From Corynebacterium amycolatum (lineage in GTDB: Bacteria > Actinomycetota > Actinomycetes > Mycobacteriales > Mycobacteriaceae): a stretch of 32,000 nucleotides of DNA. Under the pieces are notes generated by a model. The model was given only the letters and a program-made list of their open reading frames with translations, was not told the DNA's origin and searched no databases. The position numbers were made by a program, and so were the translations under genes. The stretch lies in NCBI RefSeq assembly GCF_049243625.1, contig NZ_CP046975.1. The stretch is one strand, 5' to 3'. This document shows positions 15,413-25,097 of the stretch, one piece after another (position 1 is the first letter of the stretch; the number at the start of each line of letters is the position of its first letter).

Positions 15413-17722
15413 TTACTCTGCTAGCTGCAAACGAGCCTGCTTCGCTGCGGCTACCAATACTTTCAGTGAAGCCGTAACCTCTTCCCAACCTCGGGTCTTC
15501 AGACCGCAGTCCGGATTGATCCACAGCAAGCTGGGGTCAACACTTTCGAGCGCATCTTCCACGAGCTGGCTGACTTCTCCGTCCGTCGGCACGCGAGGCG
15601 AGTGGATGTCCCAGACGCCTGGACCAATCCCACGAACGTATCCCTCATCCTTCAGCGCTGCGAGCACCTGCATGCCGTTGCGAGCTGCTTCGATGGACGT
15701 GACATCGGCGTTGAGTTCATCGACGGTGTCAATGAGCTCATTGAAGTCCGAGTAGCACATATGCGTGTGAATCTGAATCTCGTCAGCCACGCCAGAGGTA
15801 GCCAGGCGGAAGGACCCCACAGCCCACTTCAGGTAGGCGGACTGGTCCGCTTCATTCAGGGGCAACAACTCGCGAATGGCTGGCTCATCGACCTGCACAA
15901 TCTGCGCTCCAGCGGCCACGAGATCTGCAATCTCATCGCGCAAAACCAGCGCAACATTATCCGCAGTGTCACCGATTGGCTGGTCATCACGGACAAACGA
16001 CCATGCCAACATGGTCACTGGCCCAGTGAGCATTCCCTTGACGGGAAGGTCAGTCATGTTTGCCGCTGCCTTGTACCACTGCACCGTCATTGGCTCTGGC
16101 CTGGTGATATCACCGTAGAGGATCGGCGGCCGCACGCAGCGGGAACCATAGCTTTGGACCCAGCCATTGGCGGTCGCGAGGTAGCCGTCCAGCTGCTCCG
16201 AGAAGTACTGGACCATGTCGTTGCGCTCAGGTTCACCGTGAACCAGCACATCGAGCCCCAGTTCTTCCTGCTGTTCAATGGCAGATCGAATTTCAGCGAG
16301 CATTGACGACTCGTAGTCAGCTGGGGTGAGCTCTCCCGAGCGCAGCTGTGCACGTGCACGTCGAATGCTATTGGTCTGCGGGAAGGAACCGATTGTGGTG
16401 GTCGGCAGCGGAGGCAGGTTAAGGGTCTCAGCCTGAGCCGCCTGGCGAGCTGCAAACGGGGAACGGTTACGGTCGCTATCCTCGATTGCCGCCAAAGCTT
16501 CACGAACTTCAGGCTTAACAATCCGCTTCGATTCTGCCCTCGATGCCAGTGCTGCCCGGGACTCCCTCAACACCTTCAAATCCGCGGCATCGAGTTGGCG
16601 GTCATTCAACTTAGCATCAAGCGCCCTCGCCAAGAGTGTCACCTCGGCGATTTTCTCATCGCCGAAGGCCAGCCACTGCAGCACCTCGGCTTCTTCTTCG
16701 CTCGGGTTTTCCGAGGCCAGGGAGTACGGGACATGTAGCAGCGAACAGCTAGTCGACACCGCGATGGGGCCTCGAGCTGCCAGCTTCTCCAGCGTCGCCA
16801 GGGCTGCATCCAAGTCGGTGCGCCACACATTACGACCATCGACGATTCCCGCGACCAGCAGTTCCTTGCCAGTCCAATGCGGCAGCTCGGAGCTACCAGC
16901 TACCAGGTCGCAACCAATGGCCTGCACGCCTGTGCCAGAAAGGGTTTTCAGTGCCTGACCACCATCACCAAAGTAGGTCTGCACCCACAATTTGGCATTT
17001 GCAGACTCCGACACGCCAGCCAATTTCTCGTAGACCTGGCGAGTCCTAGCAAGTGTCACTTCGTCGAGGTCAGTGACCAATACCGGCTCATCGAGCTGAA
17101 TCCACTCAAAGCCTTTCTCTCCCAGTTGAGCAATGACGTCAGCGTACGCATCGGTCAACTTTTCCAAAAGGCCAAGTGGGTTAGAACCATCGTCGGTACG
17201 CGACAGGCTCAAGTAGGTCACTGGACCAATCAAATGTGGACGCAACATGGTTGTGGCGCCATTGTTCAAGCTGCAGGAATCGTCCAACCAGTCAGTGAGG
17301 TCGATGGTGAATTCCGTATTGGCCGACAGTTCCGGAACGATGTAGTGGTAATTAGTGTCGAACCACTTGGTCATTGCGGATGCCGGCTGCGTCTTTGTAC
17401 CGCGAGCGGTGGCGAAGTAGTGGTTAATCCATTCTGGCAGATTGGAACCGTCCGTTTTCGGGGCATCCTGGAAGCGGGCTGGAAGCACTCCAAGCAGCGC
17501 CGATGTATCCAGCATGGAGTCGTAGAACGAGCGCCCAATTGTCGGAACCGAGTCGATTCCCGCCTTCAGCGCCGCGCCGATGTAGCTATTGACAGTATTG
17601 CGCGCCGTCGCGGCCAGCAAGCCGCCGGTCGCCGGGTCGCGCCAGTAGTTTTCCAGAGCTCTTTTGAGCTCACGATTACGCCCTATCCGCGGAATGCCCG
17701 CGAGGGTTGCGTGAATTGCCAT
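15413..17722 (-). CDS. metE: Cobalamin-independent methionine synthase (5-methyltetrahydropteroyltriglutamate-homocysteine methyltransferase)
   Basis: 769 aa with the two-domain MetE layout. C-terminal zinc-site context IQIHTHMCYSDF and PDCGLKTR. Confidence 0.97.
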   Translation of the reverse strand: MAIHATLAGIPRIGRNRELKRALENYWRDPATGGLLAATARNTVNSYIGAALKAGIDSVPTIGRSFYDSMLDTSALLGVLPARFQDAPKTDGSNLPEWINHYFATARGTKTQPASAMTKWFDTNYHYIVPELSANTEFTIDLTDWLDDSCSLNNGATTMLRPHLIGPVTYLSLSRTDDGSNPLGLLEKLTDAYADVIAQLGEKGFEWIQLDEPVLVTDLDEVTLARTRQVYEKLAGVSESANAKLWVQTYFGDGGQALKTLSGTGVQAIGCDLVAGSSELPHWTGKELLVAGIVDGRNVWRTDLDAALATLEKLAARGPIAVSTSCSLLHVPYSLASENPSEEEAEVLQWLAFGDEKIAEVTLLARALDAKLNDRQLDAADLKVLRESRAALASRAESKRIVKPEVREALAAIEDSDRNRSPFAARQAAQAETLNLPPLPTTTIGSFPQTNSIRRARAQLRSGELTPADYESSMLAEIRSAIEQQEELGLDVLVHGEPERNDMVQYFSEQLDGYLATANGWVQSYGSRCVRPPILYGDITRPEPMTVQWYKAAANMTDLPVKGMLTGPVTMLAWSFVRDDQPIGDTADNVALVLRDEIADLVAAGAQIVQVDEPAIRELLPLNEADQSAYLKWAVGSFRLATSGVADEIQIHTHMCYSDFNELIDTVDELNADVTSIEAARNGMQVLAALKDEGYVRGIGPGVWDIHSPRVPTDGEVSQLVEDALESVDPSLLWINPDCGLKTRGWEEVTASLKVLVAAAKQARLQLAE

Positions 17723-17770
17723 GATCTCGTGATTTCCTCGTCAGTCGTGATCAGCATCGGATATGAAATT

Positions 17771-17925
17771 GCACAACCGGCAGGCATTCGGACTTGTCAT
17801 CACTGAAAAGATTGGTTATCAACGCGTCGGATAAACCAAAGTTCTGGCGGTGATGCTTACCGTTGCGGGACAGTTCCGGACTTGCACCGGGATTCCCCTG
17901 CATAACTCGAGGGCCTATTGCGCTA
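17771..17925 (-). promoter_or_regulatory. Cobalamin (B12) riboswitch in the metE leader
   Basis: Minus strand reads GCAGGGGAATCCCGGTGCAAGTCCGGAACTGTCCCGCAACGGTAAGC (core GGGAA..GGTG.AA.TCC...CCCGC.AC.GTAA). The B12-box-like AAGTCCGAATGCCTGCCGG lies at about 17777-17797. Boundaries are approximate. Confidence 0.8.
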
Positions 17926-18147
17926 GGCTAAAAACACACCTTGCGCGGAAAACGTGCGATATGCAGCACTTTCCTTTATGAACTCCTTCGAGGCGGCTGT
18001 GGATGTGAAGTATATCGCAATATACAAATATCTCATTCACTTAGCCCCTCCCCAAGCCTTTGCTTTGAGCTCTCCTGCTGGGGCCAAAGTGATTAAGCTC
18101 GTAGTCATAAAGGCTATTTATCCCACCTTTTCAAGGAGTGACCTCGA

Positions 18148-19269
18148 GTGACACAGGCTTCCGAAACTTCCCTGAGGGGCGCCAAGATTCCGTTCGATGG
18201 TTCGGTCCAGTCAGGCATTGAACAGCCCGGCCAAGCGCATCTTCGCCTTGTCGCATTCGATTTGAAGGACGGCATCGACGCAGCAGATCTGAAGGAACTG
18301 TTCTCCTCGCTTACCGACGTTGCCCGCCGCCTCACCCAAGGCCAGGACATCGAGGGGTATCTGGAACCGGAAATGGTCGCAGCCACCGCAAACCTGACCA
18401 TTACCGCGGGTTTCGGTGAGCGTATCTTCGACATCCTGGGCAAACCAGAGCGCAAGCCCGCTGGCCTGCACGATATCCCTGCTTTCCAACACGACATGCT
18501 TCGCCCGGAATGGAGCCAGTCGGACTTTGTGTTGCAGCTGTGCGGCGATGACCTCGTCACCGTTACCGCGGCGGCCAGATTGCTGGAAAAGAAAGCGGCT
18601 ACATGGGCTACCGTGAAGTGGTTCCAGAAGGGCTTCTCCTACGCCTGGGGTTCGCAACCTTACGGCGCCACCCCACGCAACCCGCTGGGCCAGCTCGACG
18701 GCACCGTCAACCCTTCGACTCCAGAAGAATGGTCCGAGCAGGTGTGGATTGACTCAAAGGACAAGGCAATCAACAATTCCTGTGTCATGGTTGTTCGCCG
18801 CATCGCACTCGACCTGAACAACTGGGATGAACTCAGCACCGACGAACGCTCCATCGTTATCGGCCGTGACTTCCACACCGGCGCTCCTCTTTCCGGCGGC
18901 GAAAGCGAGTTCGATGAAGAGGACATGGACGCCATCGATGACAAGGGAGAGTACCTCATCCACCGCCAGTCTCACTTGGCACTGTCCCGTGAGCAGGACG
19001 GCCAGCCTGACGACGCCCTGCGTCGCCGCGCCTATGCATACGAAGACCAGCCCGGTGAGCCGGCCTTCCCGTTCCAAGGACCGAACGTCGGCCTGGTCTG
19101 GGTTGCATTCCAGAAGAACCCGGACAACCAGTTCAGCGCAATCCAGGCCCGCTTGGATCGCGGCGATCTGCTCAATGAGTGGAACCGCCACATCGGCTCC
19201 GCTGTGTACTGGATCGCCCCTGGCACCACCCCAGATTCCTACTGGGGCCAGGAGCTGATTGAGGGGTAG
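18148..19269 (+). CDS. Dye-decolorizing (DyP-type, EfeB-like) heme peroxidase without a Tat signal
   Basis: 373 aa with IPFDGSVQSGIEQPGQ, the GxxDG motif LGQLDGTVNP, proximal-His context RQSHLAL, and C-terminal GLVWVAFQKNPDNQFSAIQARL. AAGGAG lies 8 nt upstream of the GTG. An in-frame stop 9 nt upstream rules out a longer signal peptide. Confidence 0.9.
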   Translation: MTQASETSLRGAKIPFDGSVQSGIEQPGQAHLRLVAFDLKDGIDAADLKELFSSLTDVARRLTQGQDIEGYLEPEMVAATANLTITAGFGERIFDILGKPERKPAGLHDIPAFQHDMLRPEWSQSDFVLQLCGDDLVTVTAAARLLEKKAATWATVKWFQKGFSYAWGSQPYGATPRNPLGQLDGTVNPSTPEEWSEQVWIDSKDKAINNSCVMVVRRIALDLNNWDELSTDERSIVIGRDFHTGAPLSGGESEFDEEDMDAIDDKGEYLIHRQSHLALSREQDGQPDDALRRRAYAYEDQPGEPAFPFQGPNVGLVWVAFQKNPDNQFSAIQARLDRGDLLNEWNRHIGSAVYWIAPGTTPDSYWGQELIEG

Positions 19270-19270
19270 A

Positions 19271-19300
19271 GGGCTGCGGTCTGGCGGGCTACAGTCTGGC
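19271..19300. repeat. 15-bp tandem repeat GGGCTNCNGTCTGGC x2
   Basis: GGGCTGCGGTCTGGC followed by GGGCTACAGTCTGGC (13/15 identical), starting 2 nt after the DyP stop. Confidence 0.85.
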
Positions 19301-19314
19301 GGACTAAAAAGCTT

Positions 19315-19429
19315 ACGGGCTGCAAATGTGAAACTGTGCGAGTTTATGACACTTTCGGGCAAAATTTCTGGCCGTTTTTGTCATAAACTCAGGCACTAAC
19401 TCGCATCGCCCCGGCGCTGCCAGCCATAA
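19315..19429 (+). repeat. 115-bp intergenic repeat, copy B (long hairpin)
   Basis: Perfect 12-bp apical stem GAGTTTATGACA (19340-19351) with TGTCATAAACTC (19379-19390), plus GTGC/GCAC and AATGTG/CGCAT(T) outer pairings. 80% identical to copy A. Confidence 0.85.
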
Positions 19430-19469
19430 GAAAACGCCCGCCGAGTGCCTGAGCACTCCTGCGGGCGTT
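19428..19469 (-). terminator. Intrinsic terminator of ppk2
   Basis: AACGCCCGC (19433-19441) pairs with GCGGGCGTT (19461-19469), with an inner GAGTGC/GCACTC stem. On the minus strand the hairpin is followed by TTTTCTT. Confidence 0.7.
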
Positions 19470-19508
19470 ACTACTAGACAAGAACTCTGTCAGTCACGAG
19501 CCACCGAA

Positions 19509-20408
19509 CTAGTCACCAATCTGGTCGCGGCCACGCTTAACAATCTTCGGATCCGGAGTACCGACCAGCTCGTGGTCCTTCTCCGTGTACTCAAACTTGC
19601 TCAGCACGTAACGCATTGCGTTGATGCGGGCACGCTTCTTGTCGTTGGACTTAATGGTGATCCACGGGGACTCATCGGTATCCGTGTAACGGAACTGCTC
19701 TTCCTTCGCGCGGGTGTAGTCACCCCAACGATCCAGCGATGCGAGGTCCATCGGAGAGAGCTTCCACTGACGTACCGGGTCGACCTGGCGAATAGCGAAG
19801 CGAGTGCGCTGCTCTTTCTGGGTCACCGAGAACCACAGCTTGGTCAGCGAAATACCGGAGCCCAAAATCATGTTCTCCAGCATCGGAACCTCACGCAGGA
19901 ACTCTGCGTGCTGCGACTCAGTACAGAAACCCATCACGCGCTCAACGCCCGAACGGTTGTACCAAGAACGGTCGAAGAAGACGATCTCGCCAGCGCACGG
20001 AAAGTGCTCAATGTAGCGCTGGAAGTACCACGAGGTGGACTCACGCGGCGACGGCTTTTCCAGAGCCACGGTACGAGCACCACGCGGATTCAGGTGCTCG
20101 TTAAAGCGCTTAATGGTACCGCCCTTACCAGCGGCGTCACGGCCTTCGAAGAGGATGATGTGCTTCTGACCAGTTTCCTTGGTCCAGTTCTGCCACTTCA
20201 GAAGCTCAATCTGCAGCTTCCTCTTAATAGACTCGTATTCCTTGCGCGTCATGCGCTCCTCGTACGGGTAGCCATCGCGCCAGGTATCAACCCGCTCACC
20301 GTCTGGAGTGACCAGTACCGGATCGTCCTCATCAGAATCATCGACGACGTAACCTTCGGTCTTCGCCAAATCGACGATGTGGAATTCCTCTTCATTCTTG
20401 TCAGCCAT
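19509..20408 (-). CDS. ppk2: Polyphosphate kinase 2
   Basis: PPK2 Walker A FEGRDAAGKGGTIKR plus lid/Walker B regions. I prefer ATG 20408 (MADKNEEEF...), which has AGGATAAAGGG upstream. The track ORF starts at GTG 20438. Confidence 0.93.
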   Translation of the reverse strand: MADKNEEEFHIVDLAKTEGYVVDDSDEDDPVLVTPDGERVDTWRDGYPYEERMTRKEYESIKRKLQIELLKWQNWTKETGQKHIILFEGRDAAGKGGTIKRFNEHLNPRGARTVALEKPSPRESTSWYFQRYIEHFPCAGEIVFFDRSWYNRSGVERVMGFCTESQHAEFLREVPMLENMILGSGISLTKLWFSVTQKEQRTRFAIRQVDPVRQWKLSPMDLASLDRWGDYTRAKEEQFRYTDTDESPWITIKSNDKKRARINAMRYVLSKFEYTEKDHELVGTPDPKIVKRGRDQIGD

Positions 20409-20548
20409 ACCCTTTATCCTACTGAATTTCTCTGCCACACGTCCCCCATGCGGGTGCCCTTACCTGCAATTTCCCAGCAGTTAACGTTCCGTCTTACCGA
20501 AACTGAGGGGTGGGACTGCACGCAGCGACCGTCGATAAGCACTGCGCG

Positions 20549-20554
20549 TACAAT
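20549..20554 (+). promoter_or_regulatory. Candidate -10 hexamer TACAAT; leaderless-type promoter
   Basis: TACAAT, then 7 nt, then ATG at 20562. No Shine-Dalgarno. Confidence 0.4.
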
Positions 20555-20561
20555 AAATGCC

Positions 20562-21038
20562 ATGTTGTTATCCGAGGCTCTTGCCGCACGATCCGAGGTC
20601 TCTGACCGTCTCGCTGAAATTAATCGCCGTCTCTCGCTGGTTGCTCAGGTGCAGGAAGGCGATACGCCTGATGAAGATCCGCAAGCACTTATCGCCGAAG
20701 CCGAGCGTCTGATGACACGCTTCGAATGGCTGGTGCGCTCGATTAACGCAACGAATTCCGCTACTGCCTTCGAGGACGGAACGCTTAGCGACGCACTTGC
20801 GAAGCGCGACCACCTGCTAACACGGCGGCGGTTCTACACCTCCGCAGCCGATCAGGGCTCTGGGCGGCGGGATCGATACTCAGCTTCGGAGATTCGCTAT
20901 GTCGCCACCGTGGATATCCGGTCGCTGCGCCAGAAAGCCGACAAGGCAGCGAAGGAATACCGGGACTTGGATACCCGTATTCAGCAGGCGAACTGGTCGA
21001 CGGAGCTTATAGAGGCCGAGAATAAGCCGGCCGAGTAG
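20562..21038 (+). CDS. Small conserved protein, DIP1984/septicolysin-like family as I recall it; function unknown
   Basis: 158 aa (MLLSEALAARSEVSDRLAEINRRL...NSATAFEDGTLSDALAKRD...RYSASEIRYVATVD...KEYRDLDTRIQQANWSTELIE). It is the 3' third of the 488-aa track ORF 19572..21038; the upstream part of that ORF is antisense to ppk2. Confidence 0.8.
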   Translation: MLLSEALAARSEVSDRLAEINRRLSLVAQVQEGDTPDEDPQALIAEAERLMTRFEWLVRSINATNSATAFEDGTLSDALAKRDHLLTRRRFYTSAADQGSGRRDRYSASEIRYVATVDIRSLRQKADKAAKEYRDLDTRIQQANWSTELIEAENKPAE

Positions 21039-21355
21039 CTAAGCAGCAAGGGCCGTTAGTGAAACTGGCAGAGCGGAAATTGCGGAATAACCAGTAAGAC
21101 TCGTTAGCGGGATTTGTAGAATCTAAAAAGTCGGTAGTTGCATCCAGATTGTCGGCGAGCGCGACGGCCCGTCTCTGGCCTTAAAGAGGCACCAAGGATC
21201 TCACCTCTGTACTGAGGCAACAGGATGAATAACAGACAGTCCTCGGCATTGCGTACATGGGTACAGATCATCGGTTATTTTTCACTACCAAGCGCTGAGG
21301 CGTCTGATGCAACGAGGGTGGGTTCGGGGACTTAAAACTTTCGTCAAATTACACA

Positions 21356-21397
21356 GAAAAAGCGCCGCTGAGGGACAACCCTCAGCGGCGCTTTTTA
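21356..21397 (-). terminator. Bidirectional-looking intrinsic terminator downstream of groEL
   Basis: AGCGCCGCTGAGGG (21361-21374) pairs with CCCTCAGCGGCGCT (21379-21392), a perfect 14-bp stem with a 4-nt loop, flanked by AAAAA and TTTTT. Confidence 0.8.
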
Positions 21398-21494
21398 GGC
21401 TAACTCAAGCAGTTAGAACCTGGGTGCCAGCTGAAAAGTTCAGGCTCGGCTGCAGCTACCAGCTACAGCCATGCCTTAAGCCCATGGCCTTCGT

Positions 21495-23141
<1,647 letters not shown>

Positions 23142-23351
23142 CTATTTATGTGGCACTTACATTGGAAGTTGACCCAGGCGCCCGCGACGGCATGTGATTC
23201 GAGGGAAGCGCCGCCCTCTCCATCACCGGAGTCAACACTGTACTTTTTAACGACTTTCCAACACTTGTTTCAGCGTGCGCTGCAGTATGTGCTGCAGTTT
23301 GCTGCAACTCGCATACAACACACACATACACAAGGTGTGAAGTTGTTTTTA

Positions 23352-23378
23352 TTAGCACTCAATTGGAGCAAGTGCTAA
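23352..23378 (-). promoter_or_regulatory. CIRCE operator (HrcA site), copy 1
   Basis: TTAGCACTC-N9-AAGTGCTAA versus the consensus TTAGCACTC-N9-GAGTGCTAA; one mismatch. Confidence 0.85.
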
Positions 23379-23387
23379 TTCACTTTT

Positions 23388-23414
23388 TTAGCACTCAACC
23401 CCCTAGAGTGCAAG
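23388..23414 (-). promoter_or_regulatory. CIRCE-like operator, copy 2 (degenerate right arm)
   Basis: TTAGCACTC-N9-GAGTGCAAG: perfect left arm, 2 mismatches in the right arm, 9 nt after copy 1. Confidence 0.6.
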
Positions 23415-23473
23415 GTTAAGCGCCGTAACTCTCAACGTCGATGCCACTGCCAACGTCATCATGGTTGTGCGCC

Positions 23474-23479
23474 TACACT
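23474..23479 (+). promoter_or_regulatory. Candidate -10 hexamer TACACT; leaderless-type promoter for the M20 dipeptidase gene
   Basis: TACACT, then 7 nt (GTCGCAC), then ATG at 23487. No Shine-Dalgarno. Confidence 0.4.
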
Positions 23480-23486
23480 GTCGCAC

Positions 23487-24872
23487 ATGAGCATTATTAA
23501 TAAGGAACTCACGGACGCCCTGCGAGACCACATCTCCAGCCAACGCGAGACCATCCGCACCCAGCTGACCGAGCTGGTGGCTTTCCCCTCCGTACACGGC
23601 ACCGAAGAAACCAAACAGGCTTGCATTGACGCAGCTCAGACGGTTACCGAGATGTACGCAGAGCTGGGCATCGAACTGAAGGCGCACCACACCGTCGACG
23701 GCTCGATTGCACTGTCGGGTTTCGTCCCCGGGTCGTCGGAAAGCGCGAAGACCGTACTGCTCTACTCCCATTACGACGTCCAGCCGGCGGGCGACGAGTC
23801 CGCTTGGACCGCAGATCCGTGGACGCTCGACGAGCGCGACGGTCGCTGGTACGGCCGCGGTACTGCCGACTGCAAGGGCAACGTGGTCATGCATCTAGCT
23901 GCGCTGCGCGCGCTGCGTGACGACGCGCTTGCAGGCCGCGTCGACATGCCAAACATCAAGCTCATCGTGGAAGGTTCCGAGGAGCGCGGATCGGCGGGCC
24001 TGAACAACCTCATCGCCACGCAGCCGGAGCTTTTCGACGCCGACGTTATCCTCATTGCGGATGTCGGCAATGCCGAGGTTGGCCAACCGACACTCGTAAC
24101 CACTCTGCGCGGCACCGCCGATGTGGAAGTTCGCGTCGATGCGCTTGAACAGCCTGTTCACTCGGGCATGTTCGGCGGCGCGGCTCCGGATGCACTCGCG
24201 GCGCTGATTCGTATGCTCGACAGCCTGCGCGATGAAAATGGCTTTACCTCTATTGACGGCTTGGACTGCTCGCAGCACTGGGAGGGCCTGGATTACGCGC
24301 CAGAAACTTTCCGTGCCGATGCGGGTGTGCTTGACGGCGTAGACCTGATTAGCAACGAGGACACTTCCGTCTCCGACCTGACCTGGGCTCGTCCGTCTGT
24401 GATTGTGACCGGAATCGATTGTCCACCAGCGACCAATGCTGTCAATGCAATCTCATCGACCGCTATGGCGCACATCAACTTCCGCATCCCAGGCGGCGTC
24501 GACCCGGCCGAAGCACAGGACGCACTGGAGAATCACCTGCGCGCACATGCTCCGTGGGGCGTGAAGGTGACGGTTGAGCGCGACGAGTTGGCGAACCCAT
24601 TCCGGGCCAATGTTGAGGGCAAAGTTGTGCAACTGGTTGCCGACAGCCTGTCGGCCGCCTACGGCAAGGAAACCGCAAGCATGGGCGAGGGCGCCTCGAT
24701 CCCTCTGTGCGCCACTTTGTTGGAGGCCGTACCAGGTGCTGACATCGCGCTCTACGGCGTGGAAGAGCCACAGGCCCGCATTCACTCGGCCGACGAGTCG
24801 GTGGACCCGAACGAGATTCGCGACATCGCTATTGGCGAGGCAGTTTTCTTGGCTTCCGTCAACGGAATTTAA
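23487..24872 (+). CDS. M20-family metallopeptidase (dipeptidase / ArgE-DapE-CPG2 superfamily)
   Basis: 461 aa with LLYSHYDVQPAG, WYGRGTADCKGN, IVEGSEERGS and IHSADES, which are the typical M20 metal-ligand contexts. Confidence 0.9.
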   Translation: MSIINKELTDALRDHISSQRETIRTQLTELVAFPSVHGTEETKQACIDAAQTVTEMYAELGIELKAHHTVDGSIALSGFVPGSSESAKTVLLYSHYDVQPAGDESAWTADPWTLDERDGRWYGRGTADCKGNVVMHLAALRALRDDALAGRVDMPNIKLIVEGSEERGSAGLNNLIATQPELFDADVILIADVGNAEVGQPTLVTTLRGTADVEVRVDALEQPVHSGMFGGAAPDALAALIRMLDSLRDENGFTSIDGLDCSQHWEGLDYAPETFRADAGVLDGVDLISNEDTSVSDLTWARPSVIVTGIDCPPATNAVNAISSTAMAHINFRIPGGVDPAEAQDALENHLRAHAPWGVKVTVERDELANPFRANVEGKVVQLVADSLSAAYGKETASMGEGASIPLCATLLEAVPGADIALYGVEEPQARIHSADESVDPNEIRDIAIGEAVFLASVNGI

Positions 24873-24877
24873 GTCAA

Positions 24878-24919
24878 AGCCAAAAATATTGGCTGAATGA
24901 CTTGTGTCACATCTTTTTT
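24878..24919 (+). terminator. Weak candidate terminator after the dipeptidase gene
   Basis: AGCCAA/TTGGCT hairpin (24878-24894), then TGAC/GTCA (24898-24909), then a T6 run (24914-24919). Confidence 0.3.
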
Positions 24920-25097
24920 CTGTAGTAAGGTTCGACCCATGCAGCAGAACATTCTTATTCGAGTAGCGAAGGCTACGAACCCCGGTGGAGGCCGACAGGA
25001 CTGACCCCTCCACGCGGGGTCTCTGGCCGCAACTTCTCGAAGCACTTGGTTGGTCCGCCACTCACAGCAAAGCAATTAAGCAAAGGACCAGAAAAGA

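Noticed and set aside
15602-17806. Plus-strand ORFs of 234 aa and 309 aa inside metE
   Set aside because: They are antisense to metE and have no motifs.
17915-17935. DtxR/IdeR-like iron box (CTAGGCTAA) between metE and the DyP gene
   Set aside because: Only half of the 19-bp palindrome consensus is matched, and the site lies at the 5' edge of the riboswitch region.
17954-18151. 65-aa plus-strand ORF in the metE/DyP divergent spacer
   Set aside because: The segment is AT-rich and promoter-like with atypical codon usage and no Shine-Dalgarno. It ends in the DyP ribosome-binding site.
18148-19269. DyP peroxidase as encapsulin cargo
   Set aside because: No encapsulin shell gene lies on either side, and the C-terminus lacks a cargo-loading-peptide-like motif.
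19572-20561. The first 330 codons of the 488-aa plus-strand ORF 19572..21038
   Set aside because: This part is antisense to ppk2. Only the last 158 codons (from ATG 20562, preceded by a -10-like TACAAT) resemble a real protein family.
24925-24945. tRNA-like GGTTCGA motif
   Set aside because: No flanking T-stem complementarity, no acceptor or anticodon arms and no cloverleaf can be drawn. No tRNA was found in any spacer of this window.
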